DNA from: Podarcis vaucheri
Lineage: Eukaryota
Length of the DNA: 64,000 nucleotides
Direction: 5' to 3' (one strand)
NCBI GenBank assembly: GCA_965113315.1
Contig: OZ220369.1
Positions 51,132-64,000 of the stretch are shown in pieces (positions within the stretch are counted from its first letter, which is position 1; each line of letters starts with the position of its first letter). The position numbers were made by a program, and so were the translations under genes. The notes under the pieces are model-generated. The model had not been told where the DNA came from. It searched no databases and was given only the letters and a program-made list of their open reading frames with translations.

Positions 51132-54100
51132 CTATACACTTTATGAAATGGACATTTCACTCCATTTTCTCACCTAATAAACCACTCTGTGTGAAGTGGC
51201 TCTAAGGATAGTTCCCGCAAGTGTTTTAACACTTCAGAGCAGCATGACAGAATATAAGTGTGGACCTGGGGCACCTGTCACAGGAAACCTGAGTGAGAGA
51301 GTATGTGCAATTCATCTGTCTACATTCTGCACCCTGAATTAATTCAGATAATAGATTAGATACCCACCTTTGCACAAGCCGCAGGGCTGTTTACTACAAA
51401 CAAGTAGATAAAAATCCATAAAAACACACAAAAACACATAACTCGCCACTAAAAACTACAAGCAGCAGCAGCAAGAACAACAACAATCAGGTCTCTCCTT
51501 CAAATACCTGCTGATAAAGCCACCCAAAACACGCCAAATGCACCTCAGAGGTCAGGCCAGATGCACCTCACTAGGGACAGAGTCCCACATTTGAGGAGCC
51601 ACCACTGAAAAGGCCCTTACTGGGGGGCACACTACTTCTGAAAAAGAGATAGGACAAAGTGGGACATGCCATTTTGGTCCCATTGGCCACCCCATCCATG
51701 TGAAAAGGCACCTACATCAGCCACCACTGCCCTCACTCACAGAGAGTTATTTCCATGGGAACATCCAACTCCTGGCATTCAATGAAATATTGGGTACATG
51801 TTCAATGTCTGAGTGGCTAATTTAATACAGACAGAAACCAACCAGGAAGAGCAAACAGTGTCTTGAGCATTCCCAGCTTGTGTTTTAATTGCATTCCCAG
51901 CTTTTTGACCCTCTAGGAGCTCTTGGAAGCAGGAGTCCTAAAGAAGGTATTGGCTGGATCTTAGATTACAGCTGAGACAAAAGTGTATGTTGTATAGATC
52001 AGGATCGGGCCGGTATAATTAAATTTTGAGCCCATCGCTGTTTCTCCTCTTTTCTTCATACTTCAAATGTGGTGGGATATTGGCAGTGCCATGACTAATG
52101 TGAGGAGTAAATCAAGTGTGATTCAAGCTTTGAAGTCAGAGATGGGAGAAAGAGCAAAATTCGGCTTGGTTTTCTCCTGCATAAATTCTATAATTTCATG
52201 GAAGAAGGAAACCGTGTGACTGATTTCCCTTCAGAAGATAAGCGTGCTTCAGATGCACAAGAGCTTCAGATGCTGTTATCCTTCCCGAATAAACAATGAA
52301 AAGCTCACTTCAGAGTGGAGGGGAATATTTCCATAGATTGGGATAATCTATTTCCCCTCTTAATGCCTCACTTGTGGCTTTTGGGGACAGGAAACATCTT
52401 GTTCTCAGCACACGGTGTTCCTTCTCCTCTCCTCCTTCTCCAGTGCATGTGAAAGTGCCACATATCAGGGTACGAAGCTGTGCCTGGGTTGCACATGTGG
52501 AAATGAAGCAATAAAAATATTACTTAGTTTTTACCACTTGGGACAGTTAAATGGTTCTCCAAGGGGTGGAAATTCCTGGACTTGGAAGACTAGCATTTCA
52601 AAGAGAGAGCAAGGTTAGAACTCTTCTCCCTTGCACGCTGTGTGTGTGCATACACACATATGTGCAAATAGTGGCACTTGATTATGCAATCGCACACTCA
52701 TAAATGGTATACTGACAACTGCTGTCATTTACAGGCTATGTACCAGGGCACACTTGTGAGCTGCAAGAGAATTGTCATTATCTTGTGAGAGATACTTCGC
52801 TTCTTACGAATCAAATATGGAGGAAAAGCCTGTGCCTTGCTTCTCTGCCTAACTCAGTGCTCTGGTCTTGACTCCTTCTAAGCATCCTGTACTGGGATAG
52901 GTACTTCTGCCTATCTCTGCTTCACTTGCAATTGGATTGTACCATTTCTAAATGTACATATACAAGAGTTACCTAGAAGAGACAGTCAGTCGCATCTCTG
53001 CATAGGTCAGTGCACTGAATGCATACCCAAATCATGCAGAAATGCAGGTGGCTGCCTCCTTGGAGGGCAAGAACTCTTTCTATGACCCTCTAAAAACAAG
53101 CCTTTTAATGTTTAAGACTGAATATGTATTTCCAGTTTTAATTGATGGGGGGGCATGGTTCAGCTTGCCAGATGTTCGCAAAACACAAATGGAATAAGCT
53201 GCTTGATCAGTACGTATACATATTTTAACTCAAGAAGGAATTTTGTCCCAGGCCTAGTTGGTCTGTGGGCTTCTGTGTTTTTTTGTGTGTGTTCTAAAAG
53301 CCCTCTTAATATGGCTCATTGACTCCCAACATCTTGCCCTTAATATGACAGGGATCACTAGTGTGGCCCCTATTTATTCAATCCACTCTAAGCACATGGA
53401 CAGATGGATCTCAAGGATAGTCTGCACATCTGCATTCAGAGAATCTTGGCTGGTTCACATCCCATTTCCCATTTTTACCTATAACTTGAATTATCCTCCT
53501 GCCCTTAAAATAATTGCTCCAGTGCCCTAACAAATCATGGCTGCAATTGAAGTTCTTACCCCATTAGAAGAGGCAATGACACTTGGTGGACCCTGCAAAT
53601 AACCTGCATGCAGGAGAAACATCAGAAGAGGTCTTCTGGGTCAGGCTGGTGGCCCATCTAGTCCAGCATCCTATTCCCACAGTGGCCAACCAGAAGCCAG
53701 TAAGAAACCCACAAGCAGGACCTCAGCATGAGAGCACTGTCCCTGCCTGTGGTCTCCAGCAACCGGTACTCAGAAGCATGCTGCCTCTGGCCTCCATGAG
53801 ACCATAAGAACTTGCTGGATCAGGCCAAAGGGGGCCCATCCAGCTTCACATTCTGTTCTCACAGTGGCCAAACAGACGGCCATCATACAAGTGGGACCCA
53901 AGCACAAGAGCACTCTCCCCTCCTTTGGTTTCCAGCAACTGGGATCCAGAGACATAGTGACTCCAACCACAAGGAATGACCCTAGGCATTGCCGCATCAT
54001 CACCCCTTACCACATGTTTTCCACATGTTAAATGGGAGTCAGGTTCTTTCCCCTAGCCCTCGCTCCCAGTGACATCGCAGGCATGAATACAATACAGATT

Positions 54101-55792
54101 ATAAACTCCCTTTGCACATTAGCATTCTTACAGAAAATGATAAATATTAATAATAATGGTGATGATGCCCTTTATTTCCACTGGGCCTCAATTAAGAAGT
54201 GAAGCCGAGCGCCTTCGGAGTGCAAGCGACAGGAGCACAATTGAAATATATTGAATATATAATAGGATCTGTGGGTTCCAAACTAGAGGAGGAAGAATGT
54301 CGCAGGCATTAAAACTGTTTTGTGTCTCCAAGATTCACACGCTATAGAAAGTAATTGGATCATTATATTGCTGGGGACATTTATTGCCTGCTAAGATTGA
54401 GGTTGGCTGTGTTGAAATTTGCATTGGTTCCACTTCTCCTCCTACTGTCATCATTTCATCACCCGTGGGAACTTTTAGCAATACAGTTTTCTGGGCCCAC
54501 GGTCTGTTAACATTAATTTGGGGATTGCAACTATTAGGCTTCTGTAGCCTAATTTAATTAGGTGCGGGTTTTTCCTCCCGGTTTTAGTCATTGATTTAGT
54601 TTTCTTTTAAACATATTTTAATGTGTCTGGCAAATCTAATCTCTATGGATGTGTGTGTTTTATTTTTTAAAAAAACATTTTTCTTCGTGAAAAACAAATA
54701 TTCACAAAAACATTCATTATAGAGTAACAAAGACTGAGGAATATAATGCATGGTGCTTGCAGAGGTGTTTAGGGGATGGATGGATTTGCTCATTTCTATT
54801 CCGTGTCCATTTCATCTTCACTCAATCACAGCTCCGTTCTGTGTTTTGTAGATTTATTTATTTTTTAAGGCAAGAAAACAAGCGTTTATATTGTATACAT
54901 TTTATACCCATTCTTCCCATAAAATACACGCTGTTGTATATACATCCTCCCCACAAAATGTGCACTTTGATGCATTTTTGGAACCCAAACTGTTTTGCAA
55001 AATTCAGAGACATGCATGATTTGATGGATAGTTGCATTCCAATTTATATTTAAGCCCGGGCCTGGCAAATTAAGTTGGTTCACTCAAGAATGCAGACTGA
55101 ATGAATTTATCCAGCTTTCCTAGAGTGTATCTTGAACCCTGATATTGCAGAGAGATTGCATGGAGAACAGAGTGAACAGATGCCAGTGGATTCCCGCAAG
55201 AGACATGTGCCTGTGGCTCTTTTCAGTGGCTCTGCAGAATTCTCAACAGTTGCAGTGGGTAGGGGCTGCCCACATCTGAAACCAATTGGACACCTAAGAG
55301 TTGCTGCAGCAAAGCATTGCTCAGTGTTTTCAAGAATGGCATTTTGTAGATAGCAGGGTACCTGTTCATTTCATGATGGTGTTGTTCAACAGCAAGCTCT
55401 CCTAGCTCTGCAGCAGTCCAGGACAAGCCTTGCGGCGATCCTGCAAAGCTTCTCTCCCCAGCTATCTGGTATAACTGCAGGCACCCCTAAACACGATCTG
55501 AAGCATAAGCTGCCATCACTGCATTTCAGAAGAAAATTCAAAGGGAAGAACTGTTCAATAAACCCTACATGTACACAATCCACCCTTTTCCTCACACATG
55601 CATCAGATGCCACTGCAGTGTAACTTGTTAACGAGGTTTACATACAAGCCCACTTGAAATGAATGGAGTGCTCTGGTTCTCAGGAGCATGCAGTCCTGCT
55701 CACTTCTGGAAACAATGATGTTCCAACCTTGGAAAGGAAATTTGTAAATGTAGTTCATTTCCCTCCCAGGCTGGACATAGGCTTTTAAGAAA

Positions 55793-55835
<43 letters not shown>

Positions 55836-56052
55836 ATACCCCGCCCATCTGGCTGGGTTTCCCCAGCCACACTGGGTGGCTCCCAACAGAATATTAAAAA
55901 CATGATAAAACATCAAACATTAAAAACTTCCCTAAACAGGGCTGCCTTCAGATGTCTTCTAAAAGTCAGATAGTTGTTTATTTCCTTGACATCTGATGGG
56001 AGAGCATTTCACACGGTGGGCACCACCACTGAGAAGGCCCTCTGCCTGGTTG
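55793..56052 (-). mobile_element. L2-clade LINE 3' end with a (CAT)n tail
   Basis: Reverse complement matches 13375-13590; (GAT)n at 55793-55832. Confidence 0.75.
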
Positions 56053-56360
56053 GGGAGTGACTGAAGAGAAGGATCACTTCCCAACATCCATATTTCTTGT
56101 CTCCAACTGTTGCCTCTGGTCAAACAGGCTGGACAGGATTTTAAAACAAGACAAAAACCTACTAGCTGGAGGTGAAAGTGAGATGGTTGTGTACACATCA
56201 GCAATAACATTCCCACCCACAAGCACCTTCAGGTTCAGACATCACACCAAACCATGGTTAAGGAAGCTCAATTAAAGTTTGGTGTGAGATCTGAACTGGC
56301 AGACCACCACAACTGTGTTTGCCTCAACATGTGAACAATCAAAGTGGGGGTGGGGTAAGA

Positions 56361-56564
56361 CAGGGCTTCCCATGAGGCAAGTTGCCTCAGGCAGCAGATC
56401 CAGCCTCCAAGGAGCATGACCCTGCTCCTCTCTGGCCTCCTTTTTACTCCCCTGCCATAGGGGTGGGATCTGTGGCAGTGGCAGTGACAGGGGGCTGTGG
56501 AAGAGAAGGGGGGCTTGCCTTTTTTTGTTTGCCTTAAGTGGCAAAAAGTACTGGGATGGCCCTG
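56361..56564. mobile_element. Old hAT-like MITE
   Basis: CAGGGC...GCCCTG termini; degenerate 8-bp flanks GGGTAAGA/GGTTAAGG; related decayed copies at about 9455-9730, 28648-28875 and 46715-46995. Confidence 0.45.
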
Positions 56565-58299
56565 GGTTAAGGACACATGTGGAAGCCTGGACCCACAGTG
56601 ATTTAAAAGGCTCCCTCATTTCAGGGACAGGTGTACTCATATTTTAATGAACTTTAATATAAGCCCCCTGCAGACCTTTCCCACTCAACAGAGCCATTGT
56701 CTGAGTGAATGAGATGTACAGGGATGATGGGGGTGGGAAGCCATGATTGTTTAAGGTGTTATTGTAGCACACTGAATGCATGGTGGGAATGTGGGCTAAG
56801 AGAGAGAGCAGAGGGTAGGACTCTGCACCCATAGGCACCAACTCTTAGGGGCCCAGCTCTTTTGCCCCCCTCCAGTAATTTCTTTGGCGGCTGCTCCCCC
56901 CCAATGTTCAGAATGACCAGGGGGTGGAGGAGGCCAGGCATGGATCCAAGTTTGGCATGGCTTCAGTGGCCGACTCCTCCTGCTGCCATGGAGGAGAAGG
57001 GGAGGAAGCAGCCCCCAGCCAGTGGCAGAGAAGGAAGAGGAGACTCATCCTGGAGCCGAGCAGGCACGGCATGATGTGGCTTCAGTGACTGGCTCCTCCT
57101 GCTGCATAAGGGACAGATGGGGGAAGCAGTCCCCAGCCAGTGGCAGCGGGAGGAGGAGGCCAAGAGTGAGAGAGGAGGAGCTGTCTGCCATTGAAGCCCC
57201 ACTGCCACTGTGTTCGGCTCCGCCCCTGGCTCCTCCCAACATCCTGACATCACACATATGTCATGGCACCCCAATCTTTGGAACCTCTGTCTAAGAGCAG
57301 GCTGGGTTCTTCATGCATGAGCTCGCCAGAGGCAAGAAGCAAACAGAACCACCCATCCCACCGATGGCCTGACTTCTTTCCTTTTTTCTAGAGAAGTGGA
57401 AACTTCCCAGCAAACTGCTGTGCTGCCTGGTGTGGTGAGCAGAAGATGGCTCTAATGTGACACTGATAGAGACACTCCTCTGTCTTAAGTGCTATCCAGC
57501 CCAGGAATGGGTTAAAAAACCTTGAGGGGAGAACCAGCAGGGAAGGCACAGTGTATAGGGGTGCAGGAGAGAGAGCGAGAGAGAGCTAGCTTTAGATCGA
57601 AAGGTCCATATTAACAAGGCTATTGTATAGCAGTCAGAATCCAATGAACAAAATTGGTCCAAAATTTACTAGTCACCCCTGGGGTGATATAAGAGCAATT
57701 CAAGCATAAGAAGATAGTTACTGCAGCAGCAATAATATGTGAGGGTTTGTGGGCTTTTTAATGGAAGATTTATTTTAACAACATCGTCATTTTGAAAACA
57801 TATTGACTGAGATGCCTCTTAAGAGTGATATTTTTTGCAAAGTGCAGATATATGGGGGTAAGGGTCCCCTTCCTTGCCCTATTTATACTATATTTAGAAG
57901 CATCGTGAGAAAATTGACACAGTAATGATAGCAAAACAGTAGTGACTTCAGCATTTTTTATATCTCTGAGCTCCCTGGACATGGCAGGTTACAAATGATG
58001 ATCACATAAAGAAAGAAACCGTTCTGGAACTTTAATCAGAACCGTGGACGGGGGGTAGGGGTGGGGGTGGGGTGGAATTTAATTCAGTTTGCATTAAGAG
58101 GCAAATCCACCTAAGTCACGCGTTCCAAAACAATGTGCTAACTGAAACACAGTGCTCCCTTGAAATTCACACTTCTCCAAATTTTACAATGCAGTTCTGT
58201 AACCAAAAAGGGTACAAAAAGTATGTTTATTACATGTGAAAAAGCAATTAAACACCATTCCTGTATTTGAAAATGAACGCATATGTCAGCAGGAAAGGA

Positions 58300-58565
58300 G
58301 AGGTCTTCTGCATTGCTCCAGCAATGGATTCAAACAACTAGAAGGGAGATTCCGACAAAACACCAGAAAGAACTTTTTGACAGTAAGAGCTGTTTGACGT
58401 TGGAATGGACCACCTCATAAGGTGATGGAGTCTCTTTCCCTGGAGGTTTTTAAACAGAGGATGGATGGCTGTCTGTCAGGGACTCTTTAGCTGGGATTCC
58501 TGCATTGCAGGGGATTGGACCAGATGATCCTTGGGATCCCTTCCAACTTTACAATTCTCTGATTA
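58300..58565 (+). mobile_element. CR1 LINE 3' fragment
   Basis: gacagtaagagctgttt...ggaggtttttaaacagagg...cccttccaac tail. Confidence 0.8.
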
Positions 58566-60883
58566 TATTATTATATCAGGATGGTGGCAGAATGGAAATG
58601 GTTACACTCCAACCCACATATTGTAAGCATAGCAGGGGGCCCTCAATGTGGTTTCACTACCCTCAGAAGCTCAAGGGGTGGTGACCCAGGAAGATGGTCG
58701 TCTCAGTGGTGGCCCAGAACTCCCTCCATACAGAGGTGTATCTTGCACCTTCATTATACAGCTTCCAGGGAATGCTGCAGAAGCACCTCTTTGCCCTAGC
58801 TTTTGACACTTGAGAGGTATGTTTTTAGGTCCCACCTTATTTCTGTGATTAAAAGTTCTTCTAAACTGTTGGTCCTGAGGGAGGAGGCAGGTGACTTTCC
58901 CTGCCTCTAATATTACATGTCATACAATAAAGGCTGTATTGTCTGGGCTGTGTCCACTCATCTCAGCATCCTCTCTGTTAAAAGGTTTTTTCCTGGTTTT
59001 TGTAATGCTTCAAACACCTGCAAAACTTGTTTAAAGCCAGAATTAAAGTTGCACCTTGGCTGTGGAACTCCCTCCCCACAGAAGAATAGGTGGTGCTGAC
59101 ATTGTCCATATTTTGTTACTGGCTGAAAATGTTCCCGTCCACCCAAGCATTTTGGGAATGGAGGCCTGGATTTAAGAGTGTATCCGTGAATAGATGGCAC
59201 TTGGCCTGCTCTATTAAGTATTCTAATTGCTACATTTTGCTTATTTTAGCGGTTTTATTGTTTAAAATGTATTTTATTGTAAGTCGTGCTGTGATCATCT
59301 TTTGATGAAGGGAGGGATAGAAATTGCTTTTATAAATAAGTAAGCGCATCATCGTGGTGTAGTGCTGGTAATCTAAGCTATTGCCTCCGTGCCCTTACAG
59401 TGCAGGATAATATATTACAGCGATGATACCTTTAAACACATCTGAACTAGAATCAGATCAGGGCTGTTCACATGCTGCGCTGCATTCAGACACAAGGAGT
59501 CTGGACCCATGTACGGAAGTTTGTGTGAATGATTGTATATGTGGTGAATTTCTTCCTATATATAGCTAAATGTAAGGCTGTCATCACACAGCCCCCATTG
59601 GAGGATCTGAAGCATCTCATCACAATCCTGGATTTGTTTGAAGTTGGGGGGGCAGGAGTAAAGGAGAAGGCTGGTTTTAAAAGGGTGGTTTTAAACAACA
59701 GCAGAGGTTTGAATAAAGCAAGGATAGAGGGACGCAGAGGAGCTGTGAGGATCTGGAAGGAACTGTGATGAGATGTGGAGGCCTGGGCATGTGGGACTGA
59801 CAGGGCTGACGAGCAGTAAGAGCAGGGGCAGCATAAACATAAGCAAGTGGATGAAACTCCTCAAAAATGTGGAGTGCAGATTGGAAGTAGTGTGTACCTA
59901 TGTACGATTGTGAGGAGTCTTCTGCTATAACATTTTAGAATAGTGGGGTGGTTGGTTTTTTACTACAATATGAGTCTATTTCACATGTGTTTTAATGTAC
60001 TATAGTTGTATTGTATTGTTTTCTTCTGTAACACTCACTACTTTCCACTTACATGGGGTGTGGTTTTTGTGCTCTTTGGGGACCCTCTCCTCTTTCTATG
60101 CATATTTGATTGCTCATCAGTGCCTTGCCTGGTCCATGGCCAACAGTTTGTGCCCATCCCCATAATTCATTGCTACCCAAGTCAGAGGTCATGCACCATC
60201 GAAGTTCAGTATCATCCCACCACCAATGGATTTCATTGTATATTTTTCTGAACAGTTGCTGCATATTTTATATCTAGATCAGGCCTCTGGGGGCATTTAT
60301 TCTTTCAGTTATTTTATATTTGATGCTGGATATCTGGCAGCATCTACTGGTTGGTGGCTTACTGGTTCTTCCCCAGCCTCAAAGCAACTCACACCAGGTT
60401 GCCTCCCCCTTCTGTTTCTCTGCAACTCACTTGATGCTTCATGTTGAGCCCCAGCCAAGCATCCTTTGGCTGATCTGGAAGAGGATGGTGTTGTGGTTGC
60501 TTGGAGACTGCAGGTGGTGTTCCCCAGTCATCTCCAAGCTGACCACAATCTGGTGGGGAAGATGCCTTGGAACTGCTTATCAACTGCATCCCAGCCTCTT
60601 CCTCCTCCAGAGAAGCAAAATGCTAGCCCTGCCAGGCTGTTCTTCAGAGGAGATGCCAGCCACCTGGCTCGCTTTGGCACCCCCTGTTGGAGACAGATGC
60701 CCAGGCTCAGCTGTTTGATGAATGAGATAGTTCTACAAAGGGTTTGAAGCAATAGGAGACTCAAGCCTATGAGGTATTCACAGCGTCCCCAGTACACATT
60801 TAATTATTACAGGATGGATTCTGTAATTCACTTTGTCTGGATTTGTCTGCTCAAAACCTTCTAACTTTTAAATATTGGGTCTT

Positions 60884-61129
60884 GAAGAAGAGAAGAGTTT
60901 GGATTTGATATCCTGCTTTATCACTACCCTAAGGAATCTCAAAGCAGCTAACTTTCTCCTTTCCTTCCTCACAACAAGTGCTCTGTGAGGTGAGTGGGGC
61001 TGAGAGACTTCAAAGAAGTGTGACTGGTCCAAGGTCACCCAGCAGCTGCATGTGGAGGAGCGGAGACGTGAACCCGGATCCCCAGATTACGAGTCTATCA
61101 CTCTTAACCACCACACCAGACTGGCTCTC
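60884..61129 (-). mobile_element. Squam2-like SINE
   Basis: Same body as the other copies. Confidence 0.85.
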
Positions 61130-62492
61130 AAGTGCACAAGAAGACTTAGGAGCAGGAATCGTGTAACATGGCAGAACCACGAAGCACACCTGAGAATCAG
61201 GATAAAAGATCTTGGCAAAATGATTACAGAGCAACATTAATTTCCCAGAACTGTATAGTCTGAAATTATGTTAGAATCAAATAAACTGAATGTACTGTTG
61301 CCACGTTTTCTGGCTTTGCGTGCAGGACAGAGGGAAGGTAAAGGTTCAACAGGTGCAGCTTTCCCTTGTGCTGCCTCTCCATGCTTTATGCTGAACCTCT
61401 TTAGATCAGTGCTGAAGGCACAGAACGTGTCAGAAAAAAATGGCGACATCTCTCCAGTTGCCCCTTAACCAAACAACAGGCTCTCACATGCATTGACAGT
61501 ATTAACAATTCATAAATGCACCAAGGAGAAATAAAAGGCTTTAGCAGCTCTGCTGAGTCTTGGAGGCATTGATTAAGCCCTGGACGTGCTGGTCTGTCAT
61601 TATAGCAGTTACTCAATAAGCTCAGGGTTTGTCTGTCTCTTCCCTTTGTCATTGTCCTGGCTGCCCCGCTCCATCTCAGGCTGGCAGCAATTCCGGAAAA
61701 TGAACTGCCGCTATGGGATAATCAATTAATAAAGCCGTGGACTGCTTGACCGAGCCTTCTAATGAATGCTAACATGAAAACACTGGTCTGACAAGCTGCA
61801 GGCCATGGTGTGTTATGCACTCACTACTTTATGAGCTTGTGGGGTGGGGGGGTGGGGGGACGGCAGTTGCGGCAGAGGCACAGTGAGAAAAGTCTGCCTC
61901 AGGTGGTGGGCTTTGCCTGGAGATAAGAGTGGCAGAGTAGGAGACAGGGTTGGCCTGATGGTGTAAGCGGTTAAAGTTTCTGAATAGGACCAAGGAGAGA
62001 CTATGGTTCAAATCCTTACTTAGCCACAAAGCTCACCTGGGACAAGCCATTGTCTTTCAGCCCAACCTCCCTCACAGGGTTGTTGTGGGGATTAAATGAG
62101 GGGGAGAAACATGCAACCACTTTGAGCTCCTTGAAGAAGAAGGTGGAATATAATGTGATAAATAAATTAAAATAAAAGCACAGTTGCTATGGGAGCAGGC
62201 AGTTAGATAACCTGCTCCCAAGCTGCTTAGAACTTCAAAGGACATCAACAACACTTCAAATTCAGGGACACGCCTCTTGCAGTTGAGTTTTTGTGGTTTA
62301 TTTTATTGATTTTCCAGCTAGTGGGTTGGTGTGGCAGTGCCCCATTTTCCCAAATGAACTACTTTCCACCAGTAAAGAACTTATTGGCAGATTGTGCTCC
62401 ATGTTGAGTTGAGTTGTGTCTGTGCTCTTGTTTTATTATTTAAAATTTCTCCTCCCACCCCAGTGACCAAATATGCTATTCAAGGGTTGTTG

Positions 62493-62554
62493 ATGATGAC
62501 GACAACAACAGCAACAGCAGCAGCAGCAGCAGCAGCAACAACAACAACAACAAC
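62493..62554. repeat. Compound (GAT)(CAA)(CAG) trinucleotide microsatellite
   Basis: gatgatgacgacaacaacagcaacagcagcagcag...caacaacaac. Confidence 0.9.
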
Positions 62555-63980
62555 ATACTATCCTCAGCAGCTGAAACCTATGCAAAACCGTCACAATAAC
62601 ACTAGAAAATAAAGTGAAATTCACAAATAATTAGCATTTGCTGAGTTTAATCAATCAAGCATAAATTTGCCCCAAGTAATTGTGCAGTGATTTAAAAACA
62701 TATTAATATTAATGCAGCTACTTATGATAATAACTGCAGGTATCTTGGAGGAGCATCTTAGGAACCCAGAAAGCTGCTCTATACAGTGTCAGATTGTTGT
62801 TGCGTCTAGCTCAGCTGACTGCCAGCCATGGCTCTCCAGGGTTCCAAGCAGGGAGCATTTCCTGCCCTACCTGGAGATAGCAGAGAATTAGGCTTCAGGG
62901 CATTGAGACCTGCAAGGCTTCTTTTTCAACCACAGTATGTTTGCTGGGGGAATTGGCTGAGAGGCGAGGGATTTTGGGTGGGGGTGTTGTTTTGTTTGAA
63001 AAATGAGAAAGTACCGGGTTTTTCTTAGGCAAGAAAATGAACTGGGCCCATTCAGCTATTTTGTAGAATAAATTGCAAGAATCAATCAATCAATCAATCA
63101 ATGACCACTGGGACAACAGACAGCCCTATCGGAAGGGCACACACATCCCACAATGTCAGAAACAGGCCCATTATCATGTAGCATTGTCTGCCTTCCCCAC
63201 TCAGGTATATGCCAGGCAAACCTGCTGCAATGCCAGAAAAGGTCTTTGTGTTGTTTTCTTTCTGGGTATGCAATTTACTTACCTGTCTGAATACATTATT
63301 TGGACTGACTTATGCATTGGCAGAAAGTGGTTTGTTTTTTCCCCCTAAAAGAAATAAAATATATTAGTAAATCCAATTTTGGATTTTCTGCGTGTACACA
63401 AAGTGGACTGCTGGAAAGTCGCCTTTTGATTTTAATTGAAATTGATTTTTTAATATCATTGCCACCTCTCTGGAGTTTATGGAACTCTATGATTGACGCA
63501 GCTGTGGCCCATCTTTCATTCATCTCTCAGATCCCAGATTTGCAAAGTGTTGATTCATGAATATTTGTGAAATCTAGATGCAGAGGTAATAGTGTTTCCT
63601 TCTCCACAAATGAGGTGAGTTTCTGTTACATTCACAATATTCTTTCTTCATCTGATGCATTTACGAAATGGCCACAACTGAAGATTAGGTCTTGGATGGC
63701 ATGGAGTGTGGTATTTTAAAAGGGTTTTCAGGGGCTACTTTTCTTCTTAACAGCAAATAATAATAGTACCACTTGTCAACATATTTTAAACCCTTCCATC
63801 TACAGCAAAGGGACTTGAGCCTTTCATATGCAAACCTGAGAAAGATTATGGTGATGAACCAAAGGCGGAATCTCCAAGTGACCACTGCAAAATCAACCAT
63901 TTAATGCTTTATAATCAATCACACAGAGCCTAGTTAAACTATGGAACTCGCTTCCACAGGAGGAAGTAATGGCCACCAAC

Positions 63981-64000
63981 TGTTGTTGTTGTTTAGTCGT
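63981..64000 (-). mobile_element. Probable 3' tail of a BovB/RTE element continuing past the window
   Basis: tgttgttgttgtttagtcgt matches the recalled reverse-complemented BovB (CAA)n tail; only 20 nt are visible. Confidence 0.45.

Noticed and set aside
62493-62554. Polyglutamine coding exon
   Set aside because: It has no convincing splice sites or surrounding coding context and is an intronic microsatellite.
37631-64000. Further CHST8 coding exons (short GIKFNIRP-like exon and the catalytic exon)
   Set aside because: No matching translation was recognised. They probably lie beyond the window, although a short diverged exon could have been missed by eye.

Overview
This is vertebrate genomic DNA, almost certainly a squamate and probably a lacertid lizard, judged from its Sauria/Squam SINEs and CR1, L2, RTE and Penelope repeats. 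It is mostly intronic sequence of CHST8 (+ strand). Only the first coding exon was recognised (exon 37408-37630, CDS from 37519); it encodes the N-terminal membrane anchor. There are three assembly gaps (7130-7273, 25767-25897, 38699-38846). Most ORFs in the supplied track are spurious or derive from repeats. The most structured locus is 5099-7359, a cluster of Penelope-like retroelement insertions in an (AT)n microsatellite. It has a GIY-YIG endonuclease ORF, inverted pseudo-LTRs of two sequence variants, three minimal hammerhead-ribozyme-like motifs and scrambled templated junctions, all inside an old hAT-like element. Also notable: a young hAT MITE family (4 copies, perfect 8-bp TSDs) with telomere-like internal repeats, a three-level TE nesting, stop-start-coupled uORFs before the CHST8 ATG, a decayed ~250-codon antisense reading frame, and several homeobox-motif-dense candidate conserved non-coding elements. 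Family names come from recalled consensus features, not from database searches.
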